A stretch of DNA of 64,000 nt, taken from the NCBI GenBank assembly GCA_934101595.1, contig CAKORR010000005.1, positions 6,380 through 70,379 of the forward strand, given 5' to 3'. Position numbers and translations under genes: made by a program. Source of the DNA: an uncultured Bacilli bacterium (lineage in GTDB: Bacteria > Bacillota_I > Bacilli_A > RF39 > UBA660). The notes under the pieces are model-generated. The model worked only from the letters and a program-made list of their open reading frames with translations. It searched no databases and had not been told where the DNA came from. Of this stretch, positions 1 to 10,004 are shown piece by piece; within the stretch, counting starts at the first letter, position 1, and every line of letters starts with the position of its first letter.

Positions 1-18
1 TATTAGAAAAGGATAAAC

Positions 19-318
19 ATGATTAAATATTTAGAAAATGAAAACGATTTTGAAACACAAATAAATCAAGATTATGTATTAGTTGATTTTTATGCTGATT
101 GGTGTGGACCTTGCAAAATGCTTGGAAAAGTTTTGGAAGAACTTGATGATACAAATATTTTAAAAGTAAATGTTGATCAATTTGAGAATATTGCTAGAGA
201 GTTTGCAGTAATGAGCATTCCAACTTTGTGCATATTTAAAAAAGGTGAATTAGTAAAAAAACAAATAGGATTTCTTCCCAAAGAAGAATTAGAAAAAATA
301 ATAAATGAAACCAAATAA
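19..318 (+). CDS. trxA: thioredoxin
   Basis: 99 aa with the WCGPC active-site motif and thioredoxin fold length. Confidence 0.9.
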   Translation: MIKYLENENDFETQINQDYVLVDFYADWCGPCKMLGKVLEELDDTNILKVNVDQFENIAREFAVMSIPTLCIFKKGELVKKQIGFLPKEELEKIINETK

Positions 319-346
319 AAAATACTTTCAAACGAAAGTATTTTTT
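319..346. terminator. bidirectional intrinsic terminator between trxA and rpsD
   Basis: Inverted repeat aaaaatactttc/gaaagtattttt with a 4-nt loop. It is flanked by A-run and T-run and lies between convergent genes. Confidence 0.55.
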
Positions 347-347
347 A

Positions 348-950
348 TTATCTATTATAGAATTCAACGATTAGTGCTTCGTTTACTTCTTGGTTCAATT
401 CGCTTCTGTCAGGATATCTTACATAAGTACCTGATAATTTCTTTTCGTCAAAATTAACAAATTGTACTCTGGTAATTTTATCTTCTAAAGCCAATCTAAT
501 ACCAGCATGTTCTAATGAATTTTCTCTAACTGAAATTACATCACCAGGTTTGCATGTATATGAAGGAATGTCTGTTTTAACTCCATTTACAGCTATATGA
601 CCATGGTTAACGATTTGTCTTGCAGCTCTTCTAGTTTTAGCAAGTCCAAGACGATAAACTAAATTGTCAAGTCTGCTTTCTAGTAAAATAAGTAAATTCT
701 CACCAGCAATACCTTTCATTGAAGAGGCTTTTTCAAAAACTTTTTTGAATTGTTTTTCATTCAATCCATACATTAATCTAACTTTTTGTTTTTCTTGTAA
801 TTGGATTCCATATTCGCTTGATTTTCTTCTTCTATCTGCACCATGTTGTCCTGGAGCATATGGACGACGAGCTAATTCTTTTCCGTTTTCTAATGTAGAA
901 AAACCAAGACGTCTAGATTTTTTGTAAACTGGACCAGTATATCTTGCCAT
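348..950 (-). CDS. rpsD: 30S ribosomal protein S4
   Basis: 200 aa starting [16 protein letters not shown]..., the canonical S4 N-terminus, followed by an S4 RNA-binding domain. Confidence 0.95.
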   Translation of the reverse strand: MARYTGPVYKKSRRLGFSTLENGKELARRPYAPGQHGADRRRKSSEYGIQLQEKQKVRLMYGLNEKQFKKVFEKASSMKGIAGENLLILLESRLDNLVYRLGLAKTRRAARQIVNHGHIAVNGVKTDIPSYTCKPGDVISVRENSLEHAGIRLALEDKITRVQFVNFDEKKLSGTYVRYPDRSELNQEVNEALIVEFYNR

Positions 951-1161
951 AAAATTTCTCCTTTCATTATATTTGCATAATTAAAGGACAGTTATATATA
1001 CTTAAAGGGAGTTTGTATTAGTTTTTTTGCTAAGGCAGTCTTAACTACTCAAACACTATCGTTACAAACACATTTTAATTTTATATAACACTGCCAACTA
1101 AATGCATCTACCATTATACACTATATTTTTAATTTGTCAAATTATTATAAATTAACACAAT

Positions 1162-1641
1162 GTGACATTTTTTTTAAATAAAATCAATTATTATTGTTTT
1201 GGTGATTGTGTGAAAAAGAATATAAAGATTATTTTAATCGGTTCATTGATTGGAATTATAATATCCGGTGTTTTTGTGTATCGGTTTTATTTTAAAAAAC
1301 CTAATGATAAAAATACTGTAAGTGTTTTTCAAGCCGGAGTTTTTAAAGATGAAAATAGTGCTCAAAAAAAAGCTAACGAGTTAAATGGTATAGTTTATAA
1401 AGATGGTAGATATTATCGGGTTTATGTGGCTGTTTATAAAAATGAAGAAATAATTGCTCGAATGGAGGAGTATTATAAAAAGAACGATATTAATTATTAT
1501 ATAAAGTTGCTAAATGTTAATAGTGATTATCTTAACGTTTTAAATAAATATGAAAAAATGTTAGAAGCTAGTAATGATGAAGAAATATATGATGACTTAA
1601 ATTTATTGTTATTAAAGAAACTAGAAAGTAATATATTATGA
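1162..1641 (+). CDS. membrane-anchored SPOR-domain protein
   Basis: N-terminal TM helix. The C-terminal ~80 aa (VFQAGVFKDENSAQKKANELNG...YYRVYVAVYKNEE) looks like a SPOR repeat. Confidence 0.45.
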   Translation: MTFFLNKINYYCFGDCVKKNIKIILIGSLIGIIISGVFVYRFYFKKPNDKNTVSVFQAGVFKDENSAQKKANELNGIVYKDGRYYRVYVAVYKNEEIIARMEEYYKKNDINYYIKLLNVNSDYLNVLNKYEKMLEASNDEEIYDDLNLLLLKKLESNIL

Positions 1642-2327
1642 TAATTAAAGACATGCCTGAGGAAGCAAAACCTAGAGAAAAAGCCTTAAAATTTGGAATT
1701 CAGTCACTTAGTACTGATGAATTAATAGCAATAATTTTAAGATGTGGATGCAAAGGTAAAAGTGTCACTGATTTAGCCCAGGAAATACTTAAAGAGTTCA
1801 ATATTTATGGTAAGGATTCCCTGCCTAATATTAAAAGCCTTTATAAAGTTAAAGGCATCGGAAAAACTAAAGCATTAACGTTGTTAACTGCTCTTGAACT
1901 AGGTAAAAGATGTAGCAGAGAAATACTAGTTACGTCTAATCAAAAAATAACCAATAGCAGAATTTTATATAAGTACATAGCGTACCATTACACTAATATA
2001 TATCAAGAGCAATTAATTGTTATTTTATTAAATACCAAAAAAGAAGTGATTGATAGCAAAATAGTTTTTCAAGGAGCACTAGATAATGTGGTTATTCATC
2101 CTCGAGAAATCTATAAGTATGCTATATCAAATTCAGCTGCTAGCATCATTATTGCTCATAATCATCCTTCTAACGATACCACGCCTTCCAAAGCAGATAT
2201 TTTAGTTACTAAAAATATAAAAAAATGTGGTGAAATATTTGGTATACCACTTATAGATCATATGATTTTTGGGGATAATAATTATTATAGCTTCTATGAA
2301 AATGGTGATTTAAGTGAAAAAAAATAA
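1638..2327 (+). CDS. radC: RadC-like JAB-domain protein (UPF0758)
   Basis: 229 aa with an HhH N-terminal region and a JAMM-like HNHPSxxxxPSxxD motif. It sits upstream of mreC as in Bacillus. Confidence 0.85.
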   Translation: MIIKDMPEEAKPREKALKFGIQSLSTDELIAIILRCGCKGKSVTDLAQEILKEFNIYGKDSLPNIKSLYKVKGIGKTKALTLLTALELGKRCSREILVTSNQKITNSRILYKYIAYHYTNIYQEQLIVILLNTKKEVIDSKIVFQGALDNVVIHPREIYKYAISNSAASIIIAHNHPSNDTTPSKADILVTKNIKKCGEIFGIPLIDHMIFGDNNYYSFYENGDLSEKK

Positions 2328-2946
2328 AATAGTTATCTTTTTTTGTGTGGTAATAATTGTATTGTTTATTAGCAATCTTATTTGTTTTGTAAAAAATACT
2401 GATATTGTAAAAAACAAATTATTTGAAATATATTTAAATAGTGATTTAAAAAGTTTAAAAGCCGAAAATGATAATTTAAAAAGCATTTTAAAAATCAAAA
2501 AGTTAAACGAAAATATAGTTGCTTTTAGAGCTTATATGATTAATCCGTATGAAAGCTTTGTTGGAATAACAAATAATAAAAAAATTAAAACTGGTGACCC
2601 TGTATACAGCGAAGCAGGATTAATTGGCTTTGTAAAAAAAATATATCGCAATGAGATTTTAATAGAATCCTTAAACGTTACCAAAAGCAAAATATCAGTT
2701 ATGGTAAATGATAAATATGGTTTAATTAGTTGCGATAAAAATAATTGCACATTGGAAGGCTTATTGTCAACGGATATAAAAAAGGGCGATATAGTTTACA
2801 CTTCTGGATTAGCAAAAGCTAAAAAAGGTATGAAAGTTGGAGTTATAACAAAAATAGATAATAAAGATTCAATTTTTAAAACAAAAGCAACCATCGATAT
2901 AAACGCGTCCTATAAAAAGCTTAATTATCTTTTTATTGAGGTATAA
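2314..2946 (+). CDS. mreC: rod shape-determining protein MreC
   Basis: N-terminal TM, coiled-coil, then a beta-rich domain. Position radC-mreC-mreD is conserved. Confidence 0.65.
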   Translation: MKKNKIVIFFCVVIIVLFISNLICFVKNTDIVKNKLFEIYLNSDLKSLKAENDNLKSILKIKKLNENIVAFRAYMINPYESFVGITNNKKIKTGDPVYSEAGLIGFVKKIYRNEILIESLNVTKSKISVMVNDKYGLISCDKNNCTLEGLLSTDIKKGDIVYTSGLAKAKKGMKVGVITKIDNKDSIFKTKATIDINASYKKLNYLFIEV

Positions 2947-3232
2947 TATGTTAGTTCTAATATTAGTAGAAATCATTTTAATATATTTTAATGTGTACCT
3001 TTATTTACCATATTTTGCTATGTATTACAATAGTTCCAAGTATAATATCTTAATGCTTTTCGCATCGGTTATTTTAGATATTTATTTTTTTAGAATAAAA
3101 TTATCACTTTTTGCTTTTATAGTTTTGTGCACAAATTGGCTGCTAATATCGGTAAGAGGCAAGAAAGAAAAATTATATCTAGAAATAATTATATTTGTTG
3201 CTACACTAATGTTTGTTAATCTTTTTTTGTAA
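2936..3232 (+). CDS. mreD: rod shape-determining protein MreD (small polytopic membrane protein)
   Basis: ~95 aa, very hydrophobic, immediately after mreC. The start is a TTG at 2936 or an ATG at 2948. Confidence 0.4.
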   Translation: MRYNMLVLILVEIILIYFNVYLYLPYFAMYYNSSKYNILMLFASVILDIYFFRIKLSLFAFIVLCTNWLLISVRGKKEKLYLEIIIFVATLMFVNLFL

Positions 3233-3262
3233 AACCTCATATATATTATGTAGGGTGATCAT

Positions 3263-3844
3263 ATGGATGTATACGAATATATAAAAAAGAAAAATAATAA
3301 AAAGAATAATAAACTAAGCGATAAGTTTAGTAATGTTTTAACAAAAATATTAATCACTATCATATTTATATTTGTAAGCATAATATATGTAAAAAAAAGT
3401 GATGATAATTTAAAACTTTATAAAAAAAATGTTTTTGAAACAACGATATCTTTTAATCAAGCAAATAAATTTCTAAGCAAGTTTTTAGGCACAAAGAAAA
3501 AAATACCACTTATAAAAGATGCATATGTTTTTAATGAGGCAAATAAAACTCAAGAAAAGTTTTTGAATGGCACAAAAATAACGTACACAAGTATTACCCC
3601 TATAAAAGCATTGGAAAGCGGAGTAGTTGTATTTATCGGCGAGAAGGACAATTTAGGAAAAACAATTATTGTTCAAGGCACAGACGAATATGATATTTGG
3701 TATTCTAATGTAAGTGATTTTAATTTGAATATGTATGACTATATAGAAAAAGACTCAATAATAGGTAATTCCAATGAGGTAATTATTACTATTTCTAAAA
3801 ACGGTAACTTTATTGATTATGAAGAGTATCAAAACAAAGCTTAA
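3263..3844 (+). CDS. SpoIVFA-like protein with degenerate M23/LytM domain
   Basis: N-terminal TM plus a C-terminal LytM-like region (GVVVFIGEKDNLGKTIIVQGTDEYDIWY) lacking an obvious HxxxD/HxH metal site. Placed directly upstream of an M50 site-2 protease and of rplU-prp-rpmA-obg, as in the B. subtilis spoIVFA-spoIVFB locus. Confidence 0.45.
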   Translation: MDVYEYIKKKNNKKNNKLSDKFSNVLTKILITIIFIFVSIIYVKKSDDNLKLYKKNVFETTISFNQANKFLSKFLGTKKKIPLIKDAYVFNEANKTQEKFLNGTKITYTSITPIKALESGVVVFIGEKDNLGKTIIVQGTDEYDIWYSNVSDFNLNMYDYIEKDSIIGNSNEVIITISKNGNFIDYEEYQNKA

Positions 3845-4586
3845 GATAGATATAACAACTTATTTATTTGTTTTATTATATTTTTTATGCGGTTATATTA
3901 AAAATATAATTATCATATACATAATAATTATATTTCATGAATTTGGTCACGTTCTAGCTTCAAAAATATTAAAATATAAAATAACTAGTGTTACAATTTA
4001 TCCTTTTGGGGGAATTACCAAATCCGATCAATTAATTAACGCTCCCCTTAATAGCGACCTAATTATATATTGGGCGGGGCTCATTTTTCAAATAATTTTA
4101 TTTGTACCATTTATGTTATTTTACAAATTGGAAATAATAAATTTGAATACTCTAAAATTATTCGTTTATTTTAATATTTGTATTTTTTTATTTAATGCTC
4201 TTCCAATAGCGCCATTAGATGGATATTTAATTTTAAATAATATTTTAAATAGATTTACCTCATTTTATAATGCTAAAATTATAACTTATATTTTTTCGGC
4301 AATATTTATCGTATTTTTTATTTATTTTTATTATAGTAACTATATTATTTGGGTATTTTTAATCGTAAATCAATTAAAAGAAATAATAAATTTTAAATAT
4401 GTATTTAATAAATTTTTATTAGAGAGACATTTATATAAATTTTCATGGCGCAGAAAAAAATATTATAAAGAGATGAATCTTAAAAAACTTGAAAGAGAGA
4501 AACTTGGCCATTATTATAACGGATTTACATGGTTAAGTGAAAAAGATTTATTAAGTAAAATGTTTGACAAAAAGGGATATTTTTGA
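3813..4586 (+). CDS. M50 family site-2 metalloprotease, SpoIVFB-like
   Basis: HEFGH (HExxH) in a TM helix plus the [10 protein letters not shown] (NxxPxxxLDG) motif and a polytopic membrane topology. Gene order matches spoIVFB-rplU. Confidence 0.7.
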   Translation: MIMKSIKTKLKIDITTYLFVLLYFLCGYIKNIIIIYIIIIFHEFGHVLASKILKYKITSVTIYPFGGITKSDQLINAPLNSDLIIYWAGLIFQIILFVPFMLFYKLEIINLNTLKLFVYFNICIFLFNALPIAPLDGYLILNNILNRFTSFYNAKIITYIFSAIFIVFFIYFYYSNYIIWVFLIVNQLKEIINFKYVFNKFLLERHLYKFSWRRKKYYKEMNLKKLEREKLGHYYNGFTWLSEKDLLSKMFDKKGYF

Positions 4587-4594
4587 TATTATGT

Positions 4595-4690
4595 ATATCG
4601 TTTGAAGGGCTTTCCGGAAAAACCGCACTGAATAGGTTAATAAATCCTTGTGATACCTTAAGGGCGCGTCTTAATCAAAAAAGGAGGTAT
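4595..4690 (+). ncRNA. candidate ribosomal protein L21 leader (cis-regulatory RNA)
   Basis: Locally GC-richer structured untranslated region (gggctttccggaaaaaccgcactgaataggtt...ccttaagggcgcgtc) directly upstream of rplU. A leader is known at this position in Firmicutes. Confidence 0.3.
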
Positions 4691-4693
4691 GAA

Positions 4694-4993
4694 ATGAAAG
4701 CTATATTTGTAACAGGTGGAAAACAATATTATGTAAGCGAAAACGATGTTATCTATGTTGAAAAGTTAGATGCAGAAGTTGGTAGTGAGGTTACTTTTAC
4801 TGATGTATTATATGTTGATGGAACAGTTGGTACTCCAGTTGTAGATAATGCAAAAGTTGTATGTACTGTTGAAAAACATGGAAAAGATAAAAAGATTATT
4901 GTTTTCAAATATAAACCTAAAAAGAAATATCGTAATAAACAAGGTCATAGACAACCATACACTAAATTAGTTGTTAAGAAAATTGTTAAATAA
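4694..4993 (+). CDS. rplU: 50S ribosomal protein L21
   Basis: [25 protein letters not shown]... matches the L21 N-terminus. The RBS aaaggagg lies upstream of the ATG at 4694. The ORF-track start at 4583 is an in-frame upstream extension. Confidence 0.9.
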   Translation: MKAIFVTGGKQYYVSENDVIYVEKLDAEVGSEVTFTDVLYVDGTVGTPVVDNAKVVCTVEKHGKDKKIIVFKYKPKKKYRNKQGHRQPYTKLVVKKIVK

Positions 4994-5287
4994 ATGATAA
5001 AGGTTAAAGTAGAAAGTGATAAAATAAGTATATTAGGGCATGCGCTTTATGACGATTATGGACGTGATATTGTCTGTGCAAGTGCTTCTTCAATCGTTAT
5101 TACAACTATTAATGCAATAATGTCATTTGATAGTAATTCAATAACTTATGAAAAGAAAAAAGATGCTTTAATAATTTATATTTTGAAAAAAAATAAAAAT
5201 ACAAAACTGTTATTAGATAATATGATTAATCTGTTAAATGAATTATCTAGTCAGTACAATGATAATATAAAAGTTATAGGAGGATAA
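4994..5287 (+). CDS. prp: ribosomal-processing cysteine protease Prp (YsxB family)
   Basis: ~97 aa protein between rplU and rpmA. Conserved His/Cys context ([18 protein letters not shown]). Confidence 0.8.
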   Translation: MIKVKVESDKISILGHALYDDYGRDIVCASASSIVITTINAIMSFDSNSITYEKKKDALIIYILKKNKNTKLLLDNMINLLNELSSQYNDNIKVIGG

Positions 5288-5289
5288 TT

Positions 5290-5577
5290 ATGTTGTTTAT
5301 GAATTTAAATATTCAATTATTTGCTCATAAAAAAGGTCAATCTTCAACTGATAACGGACGTGACTCAAGAGGTCGTCGTTTAGGTGCTAAAGCTAGTGAT
5401 GGTGAAACTGTATCAGCTGGATCAATTATATATCGTCAAAGAGGAACTAAAATTTATCCTGGTAACAATGTAGGTATGGGAAAAGATCATACTTTATTTG
5501 CTAAAATTGACGGAATTGTAAAATTTGAAAGACTTGGAAGAGACAAAAAGAAAGCAAGCGTTTACGAAGTTAAGTAA
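5290..5577 (+). CDS. rpmA: 50S ribosomal protein L27 with Prp-cleaved N-terminal extension
   Basis: The ...[14 protein letters not shown]... Firmicutes L27 pro-sequence followed by the canonical L27 core. Confidence 0.95.
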   Translation: MLFMNLNIQLFAHKKGQSSTDNGRDSRGRRLGAKASDGETVSAGSIIYRQRGTKIYPGNNVGMGKDHTLFAKIDGIVKFERLGRDKKKASVYEVK

Positions 5578-5640
5578 GCGCTTTTTATATTAATTTATTT
5601 TCATATTTTCCAAAAAAGTTATAAAAAATGTAATAATATA

Positions 5641-5669
5641 TTGATTTCTTTGTATATTTATAATATAAT
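5641..5669 (+). promoter_or_regulatory. sigma-A-type promoter (TTGATT-17 bp-TATAAT)
   Basis: Near-consensus -35/-10 hexamers with a 17-bp spacer read directly from the sequence. Confidence 0.4.
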
Positions 5670-5711
5670 GAAATTGTTAGAAGGGTAGTAATTAAAAGGA
5701 GGTGTAGATAA

Positions 5712-5750
5712 ATGAAATTTTGGATTAATTGGTTCAGAAGATTTATCTAA
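5712..5750 (+). CDS. 12-codon leader peptide MKFWINWFRRFI
   Basis: Strong RBS aaaggaggtg 8 nt upstream of the ATG. The stop codon lies 5 nt before an intrinsic terminator. Confidence 0.35.
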   Translation: MKFWINWFRRFI

Positions 5751-5755
5751 TATAT

Positions 5756-5778
5756 AAAAGCTCTCTTGAGCTTTTTTT
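5756..5778 (+). terminator. intrinsic terminator/attenuator hairpin
   Basis: 8-bp stem aaaagctc/gagctttt with loop tctt, followed by a T-run. Confidence 0.55.
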
Positions 5779-5858
5779 GTGTCCAATGTTGTAAAGATCG
5801 CTGATATAATGTAAAGAGTATTTATTGTTGTGTTATACTTATTATAGAGGTGACGAAA

Positions 5859-6530
5859 ATGAGGAGTAATTCAAAATTACTTAAATTATTTGGGGCGTTT
5901 TTTGCATATTTTTTGTATTCGGCGTATATTTCAACCTTGCTTGGAAAAATTGGCATGGAAAGCAATATAATTGCCAGAGTTTTTTGCGATATTTTATTTA
6001 TGGTGCTAGTGTTTTTCTTATATCGCCAAAATTTAAAAGAAGACTGGAAAAGATTAAAAAAAATGCCGGCTTCCAAAATAATAAAAAACATAATTATGTG
6101 GCTTATAATATTATTTGGTGTAAACATTCTTTCGGGAGTTATAACTAAACTCCTTGCACCTAATTATGTTATTGATGCAAATACAAAACAAGTTTATAAT
6201 TTATATGATAAAGATACATGGTATGCCATATTTAGATTAATGATTTTCTCAACTTTTGTTGAGAGCATAATGTGGCAAGAAGCTATCCATGACAACGTAA
6301 AAGATAAAACTATGTTTGTAGTAATTGCATCGGCAATAGGTGTTGTGATGAATTTTGTTTTTAATGGACTTCCAAGCGAGTATGCATTGCTTCAAGTTTT
6401 TGCTTATTTTTTACCAGTGGCAGTTTTAGCAATTGCCTATCTTAAAAATGATTGTAATGTTTTTATAATGTTTTTTATAAAAATGTTATTCAATTTACTA
6501 CCACTAATTTTACTAGTTTTAGGTGTGTAG
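5859..6530 (+). CDS. polytopic membrane protein of unknown function
   Basis: ~6 predicted TM segments. RBS agaggtga precedes the ATG at 5859. The ORF-track start at 5850 is an upstream alternative. Confidence 0.45.
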   Translation: MRSNSKLLKLFGAFFAYFLYSAYISTLLGKIGMESNIIARVFCDILFMVLVFFLYRQNLKEDWKRLKKMPASKIIKNIIMWLIILFGVNILSGVITKLLAPNYVIDANTKQVYNLYDKDTWYAIFRLMIFSTFVESIMWQEAIHDNVKDKTMFVVIASAIGVVMNFVFNGLPSEYALLQVFAYFLPVAVLAIAYLKNDCNVFIMFFIKMLFNLLPLILLVLGV

Positions 6531-6552
6531 AACGAATTAAAGGAGGAAAAGG

Positions 6553-7242
6553 GTGAAGAAAGGAATAAATGTTGTTTTATTAGTTATATCCAGTTTATTA
6601 TGCATTACCATAATTATTCTTTCATTGACAATAAATAATATGGTAAGAAAAAAAGATTCTTCTTCATCCATAGCAGACTCCACTGTAGTTCAAAATAAAG
6701 ATGTGGAAATATTTAAAACTGAAAGTAGTAATTATATTTCATATATAGTTGAGGACTATGAAAGAAACTTAACATATTCATGGCAATTTAATAAAGAAGA
6801 TGAAAATAACAATCCTGTTAAAGAAAACTTGCTTCTAGATATTAATCTAAGATTAAGTATTGATAAAACTGGTGATGATGCAGGGAAAATTAATAAAACA
6901 GTAAATCAAAAAAAATTAATAGTTACATTTGATCATCACGGAAAATTGCCTACTAAGGCCAAAATAAGAATAAATGTAAGTAAAAAATTTAAGAATAACG
7001 AGAGCTTGTATTTGTACTATTATAATCCTGATAGTAAAAATATAGAATTTGTAGAGAAAAATTTAAAAGTAAAAGATGGCTGTGTGGAATTTGAAATTGA
7101 TCATTGCAGCGATTACTTTCTAACAGCAGCAGTTGTTAATGAAGCGATTAATAACCCCAAAAATGTAAATTATATTATTATTGGATTGGGCGCTGTTGTG
7201 CTATTATTAATATTAATAAATATGATTCAGCAGAAAAAATAA
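6553..7242 (+). CDS. membrane-anchored protein with N- and C-terminal TM helices
   Basis: Hydrophobic N-terminus, hydrophilic Asn/Lys-rich middle, and a C-terminal TM with a KK tail. Confidence 0.4.
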   Translation: MKKGINVVLLVISSLLCITIIILSLTINNMVRKKDSSSSIADSTVVQNKDVEIFKTESSNYISYIVEDYERNLTYSWQFNKEDENNNPVKENLLLDINLRLSIDKTGDDAGKINKTVNQKKLIVTFDHHGKLPTKAKIRINVSKKFKNNESLYLYYYNPDSKNIEFVEKNLKVKDGCVEFEIDHCSDYFLTAAVVNEAINNPKNVNYIIIGLGAVVLLLILINMIQQKK

Positions 7243-7321
7243 ATTGTTTGCTAAACTTCACTAATTATGCTAAAATATCGAACATAATTAATGAAGTTTT
7301 TATTTAGGTTGAGGTGATAAT

Positions 7322-8596
7322 ATGTTTGTAGATGAGGTTACTTTAAAAGTGATTGCAGGCAAAGGTGGCGATGGCTGTATGTCTTTTCGCCGAGAAAAAT
7401 GTGTTCCTATGGGTGGACCTGATGGGGCAAATGGTGGTAAAGGAGCAGACATTATTTTTTCTGTTGATCCCGGTCTTAAAACTTTGCTTGATTTAAAGTA
7501 TCAAAAAATTATTAAAGGCCAAAAAGGCGAAAACGGTAAGGGAAGCAATCGTACAGGAAAAAAAGCTGAAGATGTAATTATTAAAGTACCAGAGGGGACT
7601 GTTGTTTATGATACTTTGACTAATCTTGTGATTGCTGATTTAGTAAAACCAGGAGATAGTGCTATTATAGCTCATGGAGGAAGAGGTGGAAGAGGAAACA
7701 AGTCTTTTGCCAGTCAAAATAATACCGCACCTAAAATAAGTGAATATGGCGAGCCTGGGGAAGAAAGAATAATAAAATGTGAACTTAGAATGATTGCCGA
7801 TGTTGGATTCATTGGTATGCCATCGGTTGGTAAAAGTACTTTACTATCAATGATCAGCTCATCCAAGCCTAAAATAGCTGAATATCATTTTACAACATTA
7901 ACGCCCAATCTAGGAGTCGTAAAATTAAAAGATTATCGAACATTTATAGTAGCAGATCTTCCAGGACTTATTGAAAACGCAAGTAATGGTGCTGGTTTGG
8001 GATTAAAATTTCTAAAACACGCTATGCGTACGAGAATACTAGCCCATATAATTGACATGGGGTCAAGTGAAGGAAGAGATCCGATTCAAGATTTTAAGAT
8101 TATAAGAAATGAAATAAATAACTACAGTGAAAAATTGGCGAGAAAAAAAGAAATAGTTATTGCTAATAAAATGGATTTACCTGAAGCGGAAAACAATTTA
8201 AAAAAATTCAAGAAAGCTTTTCCCGACCTTAAAGTTTTTCCGGTAAGTGCCATAAATAATGAAGGCATCTCGGAGCTTCTAAATGAAGTTGCAAATATGA
8301 TTGATGAAATAGATAGTGATAATGCAATTGATAATGATGAGATGGAATCACATGTTCTTTATAAATTCACAAATGAAAAACCATACACGATTCATAACGA
8401 TAATGGTGTATGGAAAATTGAAGGAAAAGAAATTGAAAGAATATTTAAGATGACGAAATTTACTGAGGATGAATCTGTCATCCGTTTTGGAAGAATTTTA
8501 AAGAAAATGGGAATAGAAGATGAACTAGAAAAAATGGGCGCAGTGCGTGGAGACGAAGTTCAAATTCTTGATTACTTATTCATCTTCAAAGAGTAA
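7322..8596 (+). CDS. obg: GTPase Obg
   Basis: Obg fold N-terminus (FVDEVTLKVIAGKGGDGCMSFRREK), G motifs and a C-terminal TGS-like domain. Follows rpmA as in Bacillus. Confidence 0.95.
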   Translation: MFVDEVTLKVIAGKGGDGCMSFRREKCVPMGGPDGANGGKGADIIFSVDPGLKTLLDLKYQKIIKGQKGENGKGSNRTGKKAEDVIIKVPEGTVVYDTLTNLVIADLVKPGDSAIIAHGGRGGRGNKSFASQNNTAPKISEYGEPGEERIIKCELRMIADVGFIGMPSVGKSTLLSMISSSKPKIAEYHFTTLTPNLGVVKLKDYRTFIVADLPGLIENASNGAGLGLKFLKHAMRTRILAHIIDMGSSEGRDPIQDFKIIRNEINNYSEKLARKKEIVIANKMDLPEAENNLKKFKKAFPDLKVFPVSAINNEGISELLNEVANMIDEIDSDNAIDNDEMESHVLYKFTNEKPYTIHNDNGVWKIEGKEIERIFKMTKFTEDESVIRFGRILKKMGIEDELEKMGAVRGDEVQILDYLFIFKE

Positions 8597-8905
8597 AATA
8601 GATCCAAATTTTATTTTAGAACTAGCATTTTTGGGAAGCTCCAATATGCTAGTTTTGTTTTGCTTATTTTGAATTTTTATTACTCTGTTAGGGCCTAAAT
8701 TTTCATACTTGTAAATAACTTCGTTATTTTCATCTAATCCAACTACATCTATGTTTTCTTTCATAAAGAAAGTATGTATGCTATTGCATTTTTGGAATAA
8801 CATTCCATAATCAATATTTTTTTTACCTATTAAACCATTTAATCTCTTAAAAAACGTATCGGCAACAACGACATTAATATCATTTTTACCTATTTTTAGT
8901 TTCAT
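8576..8905 (-). CDS. DUF192-like conserved protein
   Basis: 109 aa with IHTFFM and M..D..V.LDE motifs reminiscent of the DUF192/COG1430 family. Confidence 0.4.
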   Translation of the reverse strand: MKLKIGKNDINVVVADTFFKRLNGLIGKKNIDYGMLFQKCNSIHTFFMKENIDVVGLDENNEVIYKYENLGPNRVIKIQNKQNKTSILELPKNASSKIKFGSILLFEDE

Positions 8906-9026
8906 ATTTATTCACCATTTTAATCATATCATTTTTTGAAAAAAATATGATCATTTATACATATAAAGACAATAAATTGACAAATTATAAATATTATTAT
9001 AAACTAAATATATAGTAGGTGAGTTT

Positions 9027-9236
9027 ATGAAAAACCAAAAAGGTCAAGCACTCGTTGAATATGTTCTTATTATTGCTGTTGTAAGTGTTGTTGTAATATC
9101 AGTAGTAAACATATTCGGTGGATATTTGAAAGATTCAATTACTAAAACTTCCTGCTCTTTAGTTGATAAAGAATACAAAGAGGGGGCTAAACCTGGGGAA
9201 GCTAAATGCGTATCTAAAGAAAAAATTGATGAATAA
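9027..9236 (+). CDS. Flp/Fap-family pilin
   Basis: MKNQKGQALVEYVLIIAVVSVVV... has a class III prepilin signal (G/xxxxEY) followed by a hydrophobic segment. Confidence 0.6.
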   Translation: MKNQKGQALVEYVLIIAVVSVVVISVVNIFGGYLKDSITKTSCSLVDKEYKEGAKPGEAKCVSKEKIDE

Positions 9237-9272
9237 ACCATAGTTATACTATAAATTTTATAAATAATAGAG

Positions 9273-9626
9273 GTGTGGTGCATGAATAAAAGAGGACAAG
9301 CGTTAGTTGAATTCATTTTAATCGTGCCGGTTTTAGTCATGATTTTATTTTGCTTAATTGATTTTGGTAATATATTTTCAAATAAAATAGTTATAGAAGG
9401 CAATCTCGATAAAGCGGTTAATATGTATGAAGAAAATAAAACATATGATGAAATTAAAAATGCGATTACAACCGACGGCAAAACTAAGTTAAATATAACT
9501 AATGAGAATAATGAATATATAAAGATTAATATAAAAAGAAAAATTGATATAATTACACCAGGTTTAAACAATATTATTGGATCGCCTTTTTATGTAAGTG
9601 TAGACAGGTTTATAAAATATGAATAA
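9273..9626 (+). CDS. TadE-like pseudopilin
   Basis: MNKRGQALVEFILIVPVLVMI... shows a Flp/TadE-type N-terminus. Confidence 0.5.
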   Translation: MWCMNKRGQALVEFILIVPVLVMILFCLIDFGNIFSNKIVIEGNLDKAVNMYEENKTYDEIKNAITTDGKTKLNITNENNEYIKINIKRKIDIITPGLNNIIGSPFYVSVDRFIKYE

Positions 9627-9987
9627 AAAAGGTCAAACGTTAATTATTTTTGTAATATTAATACCAATTATAATGGCAATATTTGCTTTAGTTATAGATA
9701 TTGGATTAATGACTTATGAAAATGTAAAATCAAAAAATACAACTAAAACAATTTTAAAAGAAGGCCTTAAAAATAATGATTTGAATGAAAATTATTTAAA
9801 GAAAATGCTTTTAAAAAATGGGATTAATTGCGATAATTTAAAAATATATGACGACGATAATAAATTTACAATATATAATCAGTATTTTATAAGTTCCATG
9901 TTTGGAAAAATACTTGGCATTAAAGAATATGAAGTAAATGTAAAAGCTGAAGTGACAAAAGAAACAAATAGTATTATAATTAAATAG
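9619..9987 (+). CDS. TadE/TadG-like pseudopilin
   Basis: MNKKGQTLIIFVILIPIIMAIF... N-terminus. Confidence 0.45.
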   Translation: MNKKGQTLIIFVILIPIIMAIFALVIDIGLMTYENVKSKNTTKTILKEGLKNNDLNENYLKKMLLKNGINCDNLKIYDDDNKFTIYNQYFISSMFGKILGIKEYEVNVKAEVTKETNSIIIK

Positions 9988-10004
9988 AATAAAGAAGGGT
10001 ATTT

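Noticed and set aside
664-927. 87-aa + strand ORF
   Set aside because: Lies entirely antisense within the well-supported rpsD gene. Low-complexity translation.
9044-9571. 175-aa - strand ORF
   Set aside because: Antisense to the Flp/TadE pilin genes. The hydrophobic low-complexity product is an artefact of AT-rich sequence.
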